A DNA stretch of 63,958 bases, counting the filler, from Octopus bimaculoides (taxonomy: Eukaryota): the NCBI RefSeq assembly GCF_001194135.2. It is 7 parts of 6 records of this genome, joined end to end, with 100 filler letters (N's around TTAATTAATTAA, not from the genome) between each part and the next. Parts side by side here need not be neighbours in the genome. Positions count along the whole stretch, not along the records: positions 38,971 to 56,601 come from NC_068992.1; 6 more parts are not named here. One strand, written 5' to 3'. The notes beneath the pieces were generated by a model. That model was given only the letters and a program-made list of their open reading frames with translations, did not search any database and was not told where the DNA came from. The translations under genes and the position numbers were made by a program. This document shows, in pieces, positions 39,607 to 51,586 of the stretch (the stretch's first letter is position 1; each line of letters opens with the position of its first letter).

Positions 39607-39691
39607 TCTCTGATGACAATATATGTAACTTATGGAATCCTAACTTGATATTACGATCTACATGCTAGCTATTCTAGAAACAGCTGTAAGA
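39607..39691 (+). ncRNA. Decayed Penelope-type hammerhead ribozyme motif
   Basis: CTGATGA (39610-39616) ... GAAAC-AGCT-GTA (39677-39688) with palindromic stem III. Stem I is only TCT/AGA and stem II is poor. Confidence 0.4.
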
Positions 39692-40271
39692 AACTCTATC
39701 GCACTAAATTAAATGGTTTTTTGAGTTATGCCAAATGTTTTGCTTTGTCATTTTTTAAATTTTAATCCAAATCTAGAGGCATCTTAAACCCTCTCATTCA
39801 TCACATATTAACTCTTTCCTTTTCCTAGATGTATGTATTTATCTATGTGTATGTATCAAGTTGTAAGCCTTTATGTAGAAAACAATTACTTAGCTTCACA
39901 GTAAGCAGACTGAAATAAGTATTAAGGTTGATAACATCAACTAAAACTTTAACAGTGATACTCCAGTATGGCTGTGGTTTGAATACTTAACCAGTAACAG
40001 ACTAATAAAACAGTCGAGTTAGTGCAGTGAGTAGAATAAATACTTATAGTATTTAGAAAGTGCCGTACAAATCTTATTAATTTAAATTTCTCTCTAGAAT
40101 CAATAATAATTAAATGACAATATGAAAAAGGGAAATGATTTCAACATAATGAGCTGAATTGTCAGTGTGTTGAATATGAAATAATATTTTTTACTGCGAC
40201 TTGGTTTCTTCTAACGTTGAGTTCAATACTTGACAGTGCAATTTCATAGGAAGTTACATATTTTTCTTTCA

Positions 40272-40493
40272 TTATTTCAACTGAGAACTGGATGTGCCTA
40301 TATCTTTTAAAGTCCTCTTAAACCTGCTGATAGGGACATCTAAATTCTGTTTGTATGGATAATGTTTAATAGCTTCAAATGTATTATTCATGAGTAGGAT
40401 GGTTATATCTGTGTTCTGTTGTTGAGTGGATCTTTCCTCATGATATGTGTAATATTCCTGGTTGGATATATTGAAATTATATGTAGATGAGGC
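40272..40493 (-). CDS. Candidate terminal exon of a single-pass membrane protein (cytoplasmic tail)
   Basis: Strong acceptor TTCTTCCCATCTTGTATTTACAG|GCC, then 73 codons (ASSTYNFNISNQEYYTYHEE...SSSQLK*) of non-repetitive sequence. Confidence 0.35.
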   Translation of the reverse strand, partial: ASSTYNFNISNQEYYTYHEERSTQQQNTDITILLMNNTFEAIKHYPYKQNLDVPISRFKRTLKDIGTSSSQLK

Positions 40494-40978
40494 CTGTAAA
40501 TACAAGATGGGAAGAAGTGAGAGTGGAGGCTCTGTGGGGAAGCATGCATAGCTAGAGGAGATAGAAAGTTGATCATCAATGTAGAGATTGAGAGATTAAA
40601 TTTGATTATCATATCAACAAGGGAGAACTAATGTTTCACAACTTTCTAAAGTTCCAGAAACAGAGATAAACCTTTCATCAATTAACACACAAAATATATT
40701 ACCTAAGGAAAAGTGCCTTTCACCACCTTAAAGGGGAAGAAATTAAGATAATATTCAGAACAATTTTCATATATGATTTAGCATACCTTATTCATTCCCT
40801 CAGCACTTGCTTAAACCCTAAGAAACTAAAATAATTTTTACCTTAATTAGCCTGCACAATATATACTTTCCATGAATAATAGAGTCAATGTTTGGTATTT
40901 TTAAGTAATTTCCTTGATTTGTTTTCTTCTTTCCATACTATTTTTAATCAGAGAGGAAAGGTTAAAGAAAGTTTACAC

Positions 40979-41131
40979 CTTTCACTAGCAATGTCTTTTA
41001 ATTTTTTTTCTTTCCTGCAAAGTCTAACAACAATCACAAGAAAACCTAAAAAGGAATTCACAGCAGTTACTGTGAGGGATACAATACAAACAACTAGAAA
41101 GATCCATTCTTCAACAGTATAAGGAGTGTTG
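40979..41131 (-). CDS. Candidate transmembrane-encoding exon (153 nt, phase 2-2)
   Basis: Branch-like CTAAC plus TATTAG| acceptor. Encodes NTPYTVEEW-IFLVVCIVSLTVTAVNSFLGFLVIVV-RLCRKEKKLKDIASE (hydrophobic span followed by basic stop-transfer residues). Donor AAG|GTGTAA is weak. Confidence 0.4.
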
Positions 41132-41611
41132 CTAATAATAGTAACAACAACAACGTTAGTATGGAAAACAAAATTTATGCAGTGTTGTGTTGGTGGGGAC
41201 ACAAGAGTGGTTGAGTGAAATGCAAGTGGTTTGTTTAATCAGTTGCAAGATGAGATCTAATTAATGGGTGCATGAAATTAATTAATGCTTCATGGCAATA
41301 ACTACAAGTCACTAATTAATATCACAAGTGGGTTGAACCGATGTGGTTCTAGAAAGGGAGCATTCAACAAAGAGTTTACTGTAGAGGTCAAGCCAGTAAC
41401 AAAGAAAAATGAGGGTGATGACAACTAGAGGTCTTAATATTTTAATTCAGATTATCAGAAGTATTAAGAAAAAAAGTCTGACATACTGTTCACAAGCCTG
41501 ATTCATCCCGCAGCAATGTTTAGATTGGTTGCCAATTCAATTTAAGACCACAAATTATTTTCAAATTTTAAAACAGCATAAAATGTTTATCACTAGCATA
41601 GAGTTTTGGAG

Positions 41612-41868
41612 TGGAGGCACATGTCCTAGTGATTAGAGCAGTGGACTTGCAGTTGAGGGATCATGGGTTCAAATCTCAGAGAAGGCGATGTGTGTGTTTA
41701 TGGACAAAACACTCAAGCTTCATGTGGCTCCAGTAGAAGGTAATGGTGAACTTCTGCTGACTCTTTCACCACAATTTTCTCTCACTCTTTCCTCCTGCTA
41801 CACCAATGAAACTGAGAAACCAGCCCTTACAAGCCAGATATGGCTTGAGAAGGAACAAACAACAACAA
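41612..41868 (+). mobile_element. SINE family A with 15-bp target-site duplication
   Basis: TSD CATAGAGTTTTGGAG at 41597-41611 and 41869-41883, tRNA-like head, (AAC)n tail. Confidence 0.92.
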
Positions 41869-42169
41869 CATAGAGTTTTGGAGCCAACTACAATTGTGAT
41901 TAAAATTATATATAATTGGTCAAATCAGTGCAGGTAAAGGAATCTCAACCAAAACTAAGTAAGCAGTAACAAATGATGCGACCAATCTTTATTTCTTTTT
42001 GTCTGCAAATGCCTGACCAAATATGAGAATTTTTTTTTAATATACACTGGTCTTTAGATGCTGGGCCTGACTGAGGAAATGATAAGAGATTGGGAGTTGT
42101 GGTGATTTACTGTGCCTGAGAAGATGCATCAAGCTAAGTAAAATCATGCTCATCCATACATACAGACAT

Positions 42170-42468
42170 GTCCTCTGTAGTTACCAGTGCCATGTGAGGT
42201 GCACTTGTGCTGGTGCTACATGAAATGCACTCATCTCAGTGACATGTAGCATGCACTTATACTGATGCTGCATAAACACACTCATGCAGCTAGCATGTAA
42301 AAGGCACCCAGCTCACTCTGTAAAGTGTCTGGTATTAAGAAGGGCATCCAGCCATAGAGACCATGCCAAAACAGACAACTGGAGTCTGGACAGCACCCGA
42401 CTGATTAACTCCTGTCAAACCATCCAACACATGTCAGTATGGAAAATAGATGTTAAATGATGATGATT
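42170..42468 (+). mobile_element. RTE-associated 3' UTR fragment ending in (GAT)n
   Basis: GGGCATCCAGC..TAGA..CCATGCCAAAACAGAC...CAGTATGGAAAATAGATGTTAAATGATGATGAT; homologous to 58608-58856 and to the reverse of 50661-50900. Confidence 0.8.
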
Positions 42469-43059
42469 GCAGGTGTTTATTTGAATGGATGTCAGTGATA
42501 GGAATGACACTGAAATATTTTGCAGGTGAAACAATGAAGTATTGGGCTTTTCAAAAAGTATATACGTTCTCTAAGGATTTCCCCTTAATAGCAGGAATTT
42601 GTAGCATCTAGCAATAACAAGTTGAGGAAGTAAGTTCAGTGTTTGAAAACTTGGGTCGTTTTAACTTTTTTGTTTTATCCTTCTTAGATATTTGTGATGT
42701 GAATAATTCATTATTTCTGCAAAATAAAGAATCTTAGATAATAGAGTTTTCTTAACCTATATTTTATGAACTTATTGGTATCTATACTCTTATTTCTCAT
42801 ATTCAACATATCCAATCATAGAAGTATTCTGTACCAATATTATTTTGCTTTTTGTTTGATTATTTTTTTTAATTACTTGTCTCTGTTAAGGACTTTCAAA
42901 AACAACAGAAGCTTGGAACCCCAATCTTTGTAATCAAAGATCATTAAGACGTTTCATCAATTTTCATAATTTTTACAATTTCATTTTCTTTTCAGTGTGT
43001 TGTATCCTGGCTCATTCTAGGGATTATACGAAAATCAAAATGACTTACATGTTAAACAT

Positions 43060-43235
43060 GGGCCTCTATTTGGTCGATCAACATGCTAGAAATGGCAGCC
43101 AAATCTTTCTTAAATCAAATCCTACCATTTAAAAAATAGAATGCTTTGGATAACACTATCTTAGATAAACCAAATGCAAAGCAGTAACAGGTGGTAAGCC
43201 TTTGATCGTAGGTTTGATTAAGCAAAATGCTTAAC
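43060..43235 (+). mobile_element. Degenerate fourth short repeat family (CTAGAAATGGCAGCCAAATCT core); related pieces near 45290-45530 and 46440-46630
   Basis: Shared CTAGAAA.AGCA..AAA.T.CCCTCAAAT.ACA motif between 43085 and 46460. Confidence 0.45.
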
Positions 43236-44446
43236 TATCATACTTACCTATATAAAAAAAAACAGTCATTTAGATTAAATAATAGTGACAAATACTGTTT
43301 TGTCAGGTTATAATAATAGTGCCAAATACACTTAAACGTTGATTACATATTCTTTTATTTTTATAATCCAGAGAAGATTTTAATTAATACTTGATGAAAT
43401 ATTTGTTCCAGTTATGAAATAGAAGACAACTGTGACACACATCAAATGTTGTTCTGCAGGATTAATATTATACAACAACTTTACCAATGTTTATGATGTA
43501 GAATTATTGCTAAGTCTACTTTAGATCTGTAAGTAGTACATAAATATGATAGTTTTATCCAACACTAGAATAGAAAAAAATCTAGTTATGTTTCATTGGT
43601 AACCTAGGTTGTGATGTAAGTAAACTGTATAGCAAACCATGTTGATTGGTTGGTAGAGTATCAGACAATATTTGATGTTTAGTTCAACTCCAACTCTGGT
43701 ACACATTTCCTTTCATTCATTTGAAATCAATTAAGTATCGTTCATAAAATAAAACAAAAAAAAATCAAATAGTTAGGTAAGTGTAATCAAGCTATGCCCT
43801 AGTATGAAGAAGTGCTCCAGCATAGTCATAATCCCACACCTGAAGCAAGTTAATGTATAAAAGAATGTAAAGAACAAAAAAAAAATAATAGACACTGCTA
43901 ACCATTATGAAATGATCAGTTGAGACAGTAGAGAAGTCTCAATGTGGGCACTAAACCTGCTCAAAATCTCTTTTATTTCACAGTGACATCTTCACCTATT
44001 TATGATTATATTGCTAACAAAACACACAAACCATGTGCTTTAATTAATTCCTAAAATACCATCGAATTTAATAGAATAACAATGTGCTTATTAAGATGCT
44101 GTTTTTAACATAATTTTATTAAAGAATCTCAGTTAAAATTACGATAGCAGGTTTTAATTTAAATATGAATACTGACATTTTGTACTATGTGATCTCAGGA
44201 TTAATACAGTGGGGATGGTATCAAAAGGGATAAACTGAAAAAGAGCTCATTGCATAATGTAGTCTTAGACAATCTCCTGAAGTGATAGGATTGTCCTAAT
44301 TGAAATGCCTTTGATTATAAGGCTTCTCCTTCAGAGTTGAGCAGGAGATACACAGCAACAGCAAAAATACATGACCATCCACAGTATTTTGCTTCACTAA
44401 TTAATTAAATGGTAGTTTATATCTCTCACCTGCAATGTTACCTTTA

Positions 44447-44900
44447 TGAAGGTTGACTGAGAAGTTCATAGGCTCAGTGATATTTCCTTATGAAATGTGA
44501 CCAAATGAGGTTATATTTCAACATAATCCTATTTGCAGTCCATATAAGTCTTCCATCAATATTGCAGTGTTTGCATCCCATTAGGCAAGAAGCTTTCATC
44601 CTGTTGGTCAAAAATGTCATCAACAGTAAATATGACATCATCATCACTGCAATACTGGTTCTCAGCCAAGTGTTTTTTTCATGTTGGGGCACATATAATA
44701 GTCAGTTGGGGTAAAGTCAAGAGAATAGGGAGGGTGATCAACCAGTTCAAAGACACAGTCATTCACAACAGCCATTGCAAGCAAGGACGTGTACTGGAGC
44801 AAGGTCCTCCTGAAGCAAGACCCCTTTTTTTCAATTTTTCTTGGTGTTTGTTCTTGAGCATCAGTTCTGCCATTTTATTGCTCTTATCAATGTTATTAAT
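44447..44900 (-). mobile_element. Mariner transposon remnant (3' part of transposase plus TIR)
   Basis: Minus strand: KKGVLLQEDLAPVH..VLAMAVVNDCVFELVDHPPYSLDFTPTDYYMCPNMKKHL...DYVEI*. TIR TGAAGGTTGACTGAGAAGTTCATAGGCT after TA (44445-44446). Confidence 0.88.
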
Positions 44901-45569
44901 AATGTTTTCTTTCAAAGGCAGAAGGCCAGAAATGTTTTCACGTGTGGGGATGATGGTGCTTGTGGGGAATCAGCTGTTTATAGTGACTTCAGTAGCTAGC
45001 TGATACATATTTTATCAATCCCAGGAGGGGGCAATAATGACCTAGTAAGCTTTGAAGTCATGTCTGTGATATTCATGGAAATGGAGGCAGAAGCACAATG
45101 CTCATATTCCTACCGAAACTGGTAAAGTTAACACAATCCCTGGGTCACATCTGGTTGAGGAGACCGATAATCAAATGATTTTGGCTATGGATATCTCATC
45201 TATTGTATTCTTTGCTTTTATTTTTGCTTTTTATTGATGATGATCCACATCTGCATCATTCAACATATAGTTTCATTAAGATGAAGCCATATCCTTTAAA
45301 GGAGATTTGGTAACTGTTTCTAACAAGTTGAATGTTCATATAGGGGCACCCATGTTGGCCTGTTCTTCCTCATTAAGTAATTGTGGCAAAGAAATATGAA
45401 GCAACGAATTTTTCAGAGTATCGGAAAAGATGAAACACACTCATGAACTTGAAAGGAAAAGATGTTATTAATGTTGTTTAGCCCAAGTATAAGTGAATCT
45501 AAGACCGAAGATATTTCATTCATGCCCATTCTATGTTTTACAGACATTATTTACCTTATAGAAGGCAGC

Positions 45570-45798
45570 ATCATTAGCATGTCAGGCAAAATGCTTAAGT
45601 GGTATTTCGCTTGTTAATAACAAAAAGAAAGTAACCAAATGAAATAAATTCTGAGTTCAAATGCCACTGGGGTCGACTTTGCCTTTCATTCTTTTGGGGT
45701 CGATAAATTAAGTACCAGTGAAACACTGGAGTCGATGTAATCAACTGATCCCCTTCCCCAAAATTTCAGGCCTTGTGCCTACAGTAGAAAGGATTATT
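45570..45798 (+). mobile_element. SINE family C
   Basis: Head, B box GAGTTCAAAT, central domain and CAGGCCTTGTGCCTACAGTAGAAAGG tail. Confidence 0.88.
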
Positions 45799-47264
45799 TA
45801 CCTTAAAGACTACTACAATAGAACTGTGTTGAGTGTTATTTAAGAGAAACTTGGTTGCTATTTCTATTACCTCAACCTATCATGTAGTTTGCTGGTTCAA
45901 AGAAAATGCTGAAGTTGATGTAAAAAATAAATAAAAATAGGATAGAGAAAAAGCAAAGCAAAGAGAGGAAGCAGGAAGTCAGTAGGTTAGTTATTTTGTG
46001 ATTAGGGCATGTTGAGGATTGAAGATCTTCCTACCAGCAGCATTCACTTTGATTTTTAATGTAATTTAAGCTACAACTTGCCAATTTGCTGTCTTTATAA
46101 GCACCCAATTATTTAACAAAACATTGTATATTATAACTATGTATGTTTATTACAACTTTTATCTTAGGTAATCATTTTAAATGGGCAATATATATAATAG
46201 CTTGAAGGTATACACCCTGGAAGAGTTGAAAGCTCCTGGTGAGCTGAATCTATGAATTTGCAAATTCATTTTAGTATATGCCATTAATGGCTCAGAATTC
46301 TCTTATCTTCCTAGCACTATATAACATTTATGGATTAAGACAAACATTGCTATATATTACTGTACGCTGACACAAAATTGCCAAGTAATGAAGAGTTGCT
46401 TAGAAAGCAGATGTTTAACACCTATCAAAATAAGGAAGTCTGTGTGCAGCCACTCAAATTACTAGAAAAAGCAATGAAACTTCCCTCAAATTACATCTTA
46501 TTGTCTAAAAAGTAAGAGGACACATTGTATGATGTAGCCTTAGTTACACTACATATGGAAATATGTTTAGGATTGCATGGCTGGTATGCATTTGACCTGT
46601 CTGCTGGATGAGGGATAGTTCAAGGTTAAAAGAAAAACTGGCAATAAAAGAATTCCACTAATTAGTGAAACACGTTCAAAGACAAAAGCAATGCAATATG
46701 TTCCAACAGATTTAACTATAAGGGCTGCATACTAGAGCTTCAACACAACCCTTGTTTTTCTTTATTCTCACTTCAAGATGGCTTCTACTATCAGTTCAAA
46801 GGGCCTTTTTGTTCTTGTCAGTACAACACAATCCAAGACATTCTCGCAACCCTTTGATAAAAAAATGGTTATATCCATTAATAACAAAAGGAAAGTAACC
46901 AAATGAAATGAATTCTTTCATCCATAATACATTAATTTAAAAACATTTGTGTGTGTGTGTGCACACATGCACACGTTTTTGTGTGTGTATGTGTGCAAAC
47001 ATGCATGTGTGTGCTTGGTATTCTTAATAAATTTTATTAGTCTTGCAAGATTTTCATTGATAGCAAATAACTAGTTAGAACAACACTTTCTTTACAGATG
47101 GTAAATGTGTGGAATAGTTTTTCCTTATTGTCTGCAAATTCGAAACTCTGTGTGTGTGTGTATGTGTGCTTGTATGTGTGTGCATGTATGCATGCAGGTA
47201 TATAAAACTTTGAATGTATATACATATTTGTGTTTGAGCATATGCACATACATGTGTGTGTCTA

Positions 47265-47294
<30 letters not shown>

Positions 47295-47295
<1 letters not shown>

Positions 47296-48547
47296 TAGAT
47301 CATCCCATAAATAATGCGGTCTTTTCAATTGCAGGAACTAGAAGTCAGAGAGGGATGAGATGAACAACCTGCATCACCTTGCTATAAACGCAGGTAGTAA
47401 TTTTACCTGGTCCTTATTCTTAGTGCAAGTTTTGAAGAGTGCAGTTCGATTTTAATAGTAATTTTTTCAAAGCTATAATGGAAGTGACAAAGAAGCATAT
47501 TTGGCATATTTTGTTTTATGAGTTCAATAAAAGCAACAACACAACAGAAAGTACAAGGAATATTAATACAATACATGTGTAAGCTAGTGTCAACGGTGTT
47601 TCCAGAAATTCCGAGTGGGAAACTACAGCCTAGAAGATGAGCTTCATCATTGAAGATCTGTAAAGCTCAACAAGGATGTCCTTCAAACCCTGGTGGAACA
47701 AAATCCTATCATAACTGTTGCGGATCTAGCAGAGAAGCTTGGATTTGATCATTCAACCATTCATCGACACCTGCCTGCCATTGGAAAAGTCAGCAAGTTG
47801 GGTCACAAACTTTCTGAGTCTAATCGCTTGCAGAGAATGAATGTGTGCTCTTCTTTGCTGTCACATCTCACAAATGAACCTTTTTTGGACTGAATAGTGA
47901 CTGGTGACAAGAAATGAGTTCTCTATGAAAATGTCAAGCTCCAAAGACAGTGGGTAGGGAAAAGAGAAGCACTGGTACCCCAGGCTAAAGTAGGTCCATG
48001 TAAGCTGTTGTTATCTGTTTGGTGAGATATGAAATGTTTAGTTCACTTTGAACTTTTAAACCCAAACTAAATGATAACAAAGGAAATCTACTGTGAACAA
48101 CTTGAGCAACTAAAGTCAATACTACAAGAAAAACAACAATCTTTGGTTTCAAGACGAAAGGCGTTCTTCCATTAGGATAATACTCAGCTACGTACAATGA
48201 GGATGACATTCCAAAGGCTGAAACAGTCTGAATGGGAAACGATGCCCCATCTTCCATATTCGCTGGACATTGCCCATCTAATTATCAATTACACTGCAGT
48301 TTTCAAAATCATTTAGATGGAAAAAATATGAATTCTGTAGATGAGGTCAGAACAGTACTGGAGGAGTATTTTTTGTCATGGACAAGTGAATTTTGGAAGA
48401 AGGGCCTTGCAAATCTACCAGATAAATGAAGAGCATTGCAGAAAATGACGGAGAGTATAATTTAGATTAAAAAAGAACTTTGTTTATCGTAATTTAGAAA
48501 AATAATAAAAAAATATTAAAACCCACATTATTTATAGGATGACCCAA
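47295..48547 (+). mobile_element. Full-length but defective mariner element (1253 bp)
   Basis: TA|TTAGATCATCCCATAAATAATGCGG ... CCCACATTATTTATAGGATGACCCAA|TA. Transposase from ATG 47478 (MEVTKKHIWHILFYEFNK) with degenerate WVPHEL-, TGDEKW-, HDNA- and YSPDLAPSD-like motifs; many stops and frameshifts. Confidence 0.93.
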
Positions 48548-48679
48548 TACACACACACACAACATATACAGTATATTATATTAGCATTTACATCAAGTGT
48601 TTCTATGCTGGTATGTATTGGACAGATCTTCATGGTTCAAGGCACTACTGGAAATCTCTTTAACTCATAAGGATGAATT

Positions 48680-49715
48680 TTAAGAGTAAGCTCTTTAAAT
48701 TCCTAATTAAAGATCTCCTTTATACTGATGACTGTAACTTGTTATCAAACAGTGAAATCAGTTTACAGAATCTGAACAAAGCATTTGATACGATTTGTGA
48801 CATCTTTAGATTAACAGTTACTGCTAAGAAAACTGTAGTAATGTATTAACCCAAACCAGGGCAGGCACCTACTGTTTCTCAAATATATGTGAAAGAGAAC
48901 AGGTTAGCTGCTGTCAATTCCTTTAAATACCTTATCAGCATATTTAACTTAAGGGGAAATTTGAATACAGAAATTGCATCTTCCATTCGAAACGGAGCAA
49001 AGTCTTTTGATTCTTTTATGAATTATGTGTGGTTAGAATGACATATTAAGATCATCACAAAAAATTTTGACTAATGCTTTTGTACTATCCCTCTTCATTA
49101 TTTAGCAGAAACAGCCAACACATAAAACCCTTAGAGTCCTTTCACCAAAAGTGTCTTCATCAAATTTTCAGGGTTGGGTGGAAATTGCTTACACTAAATA
49201 CAAAGGTTTTAGAGACAGCAAAAACCTCATCAATTCACACTATGCTGGTTTCCAATCAGCTAAGGTGAACTGGCCATTTAATATGGATGGGAGATGAGTA
49301 CATCCCCAAGCAAGTTTTTTTTTTATTGTGAGCTATCTGCTGAGAAACAAAAATAGTAAATCTTGGGAAGTTGAATATGTCATACAAAGATGTTGAATCT
49401 CTTACCCTTGGCAGAAATCAATGGCAGGAAAAGAAAGATCTGCTTAGGGGTAAGATAAACTAAAATATGCAAAAATGAATGAATTGTGGAAAAAAGAAAC
49501 ACCTTGCTAAACACAGAAATTGTATCATCTTTTAATTGCTCCACAAGTGATAAGGCTTGGATTTCTAAGGCAGGTTTAACTCATCATGGCTGGATTAACT
49601 CAGAACTCATCATATAGTTGGCCCAAATGACACAAACTTCATTCCAGCTGACATGCTTATATGCCAAATTTGTAGCAAGACATGTAAGTCCCACATGGTC
49701 TAAAAATGTATTAAA
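48680..49715 (+). pseudogene. Decayed RTE-clade LINE reverse transcriptase C-terminal half
   Basis: LLYTDDCNLLSNSEISLQNL...LTVTAKKTVV (YTDD at 48721-48732), FKYL, LESFHQKCLHQIF..., QLR*TGHL and a terminal CQIC.KTC zinc-finger-like motif. Confidence 0.88.
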
Positions 49716-50660
49716 ATATCCAGAATTCAAACAAGACAGATGGACATTGAGTCATTTGAGACGAGAAATATTTTTTACTAGCTGTAATGCATATTTCAAA
49801 CAGCTCCTGAGACTCAGAAGCTACATTTGAACTCAAGAACAGAAAAAGTGCATCTAACAAGAAGTAGCAAAGTTTTGAATAGGAGCAGACTACCTCTATG
49901 TATATGCATATAAACAGACTTTTGCTCAGGAAACGAACACAGAGTGGCCTGTTGCAAGAATTTCACAATGTTAAATTAAGTTGTATTAAAAGTATACAAG
50001 TGCTGATTTATTGAAATTATCTTTGCTTTCAGAGAAAGATAAACAAACATGCAGTGGCAATTGCATCTGACTCCAAATAACAATCTCAGATTTTCTCTAG
50101 TGTCAAATATTCTCTAGAATTAGCATGTAATTAAAGAAAAGTGAAAAAAAGAACATGTTTCTGCATCATCAGTATAACAGCTTTTTAGCAGTAACACCAG
50201 CAGATATATGTCTTATACAAATAGGAATAGAAAAGATTTATACGTTTTGTTTGGTAATTTGCAAATAAAGTCAATTTCAGAAAATCCTTGATCCTTGAGG
50301 TTATCTCCCCTTGTTATTCAGTATTGGTCACAGTTACCATCAACAATTTATTTACATTTCTTTCAAAGCAAAGCTGATTTCAATAATTCAAGAATTTAAT
50401 TTGCATAGTGTTAAATATGCATTTATTTGTCTGTGTATATGTGCATGTTTATATGAATGGGTTTGTGTGAATCTATCCATGTTTGTTTGTTTATAGCATG
50501 TAATTTAACAGTTCAATAAAGAAAGACTGATTAAATAAGTACCAGATGTAGAAATAAAAACTAAGATTTATGTAATTCACTAAAATATTGAAAGTGCTGC
50601 TCTAGCTTGGCCAGAGTTCAATAATTCAAGCAACAAAACAAAAGCTTATAAGAAGTTGCA

Positions 50661-51515
50661 TATCATCATCATCATCATCTGTTAACATCCATTGTCTATG
50701 CTGGCATAGGGTGGACGGTTTGACAGGGCTGGCACAGTAGAAGGCTGCACTAGACTCCAGTCTGATTTGGCATGGTTTTCTACATCTGGATGCCTTTTCC
50801 AATGCCAACCATTCTGAGAATGGAATTGGAGCTTTTATGTGCCACTGGAATGGGTGCCATTTGCGTGAAACCAGGGTGCATTTACATGCCAATATGCATG
50901 ACACCAGGTGCGATTACATGCCAATTTGCATGCCACATCAGTGATTTTGCTCAGCTTGATGAGTCTTCCTCTCAAGCACGACATAATGCCAAAAGTCTTA
51001 GTCATTGCCTCCGTGAGGCCCAACACTCGAAAGGAACTCATCCACTTTGCCATCATAAGGCACAACACTGAAAAAGAACTCAGCCACGTTGCCTCCGTCC
51101 GGCCAATATTCAATAGATGTTCTTTATGTGCCACCAGCACGAGTGCACTTGTCTTGATGGGTCCTTTTAAGCACAGTACTCAGCCACTTACCTTCGTCAA
51201 GCACAACACCCGAAAGGAACTCAGCCACTTTGCCTCCGTCAGGCCAACATTTAAAAGATGCTCTTTATGTGCCACCAGCACAGGTGCACTTGGCTTGATG
51301 GGTCCTCTCAAGCACAGCACATCGCCAAAGGTCTCGGTCACCAGTCATTGCCTCTGTGAGGCTCAAAGTTCAAAGATCATGCTTCACCACTTCATCCCAT
51401 GTCTTCCTGGGTCTACTTCTACCACAGGTTCCCTCTACAGTTAGAAATCGGCACTTTCTTAAACAGTTGTCTTTGTCCATACGTATCACATGACCAATGA
51501 CCATACAAGTGCAGT
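50661..51515 (-). mobile_element. RTE LINE 3' end (ORF C-terminus, repetitive 3' UTR, (GAT)n tail)
   Basis: Minus strand GHVIRMDKDNCLRKCRFLTVEGTCGRSRPRKTWDEVVKHDL, followed by a 3' UTR homologous to 58608-58856. Confidence 0.88.
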
Positions 51516-51552
51516 CATCTCTCTTGCAATACACACACACACACACACACAC

Positions 51553-51585
<33 letters not shown>

Positions 51586-51586
<1 letters not shown>

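Noticed and set aside
40500-40620. Weak resemblance to a CR1/Jockey LINE 3' region on the minus strand
   Set aside because: Only a short motif (CTATGCATGCTTCCCCACAGA) and no continuous ORF similarity.
41487-41530. Upstream exon CCGMNQACE with a strong GTATGT donor for the candidate membrane gene
   Set aside because: In-frame TGA upstream with no AG acceptor between the stop and the CCG codons.
50031-50080. Plus-strand acceptor followed by a short terminal frame (RKINKHAVAIASDSK*)
   Set aside because: Too short, no supporting upstream exons, and such acceptors are common in T-rich DNA.
50908-51444. 178-aa ORF with internal repeats
   Set aside because: Antisense to an RTE 3' end; the repeats come from UTR duplications.
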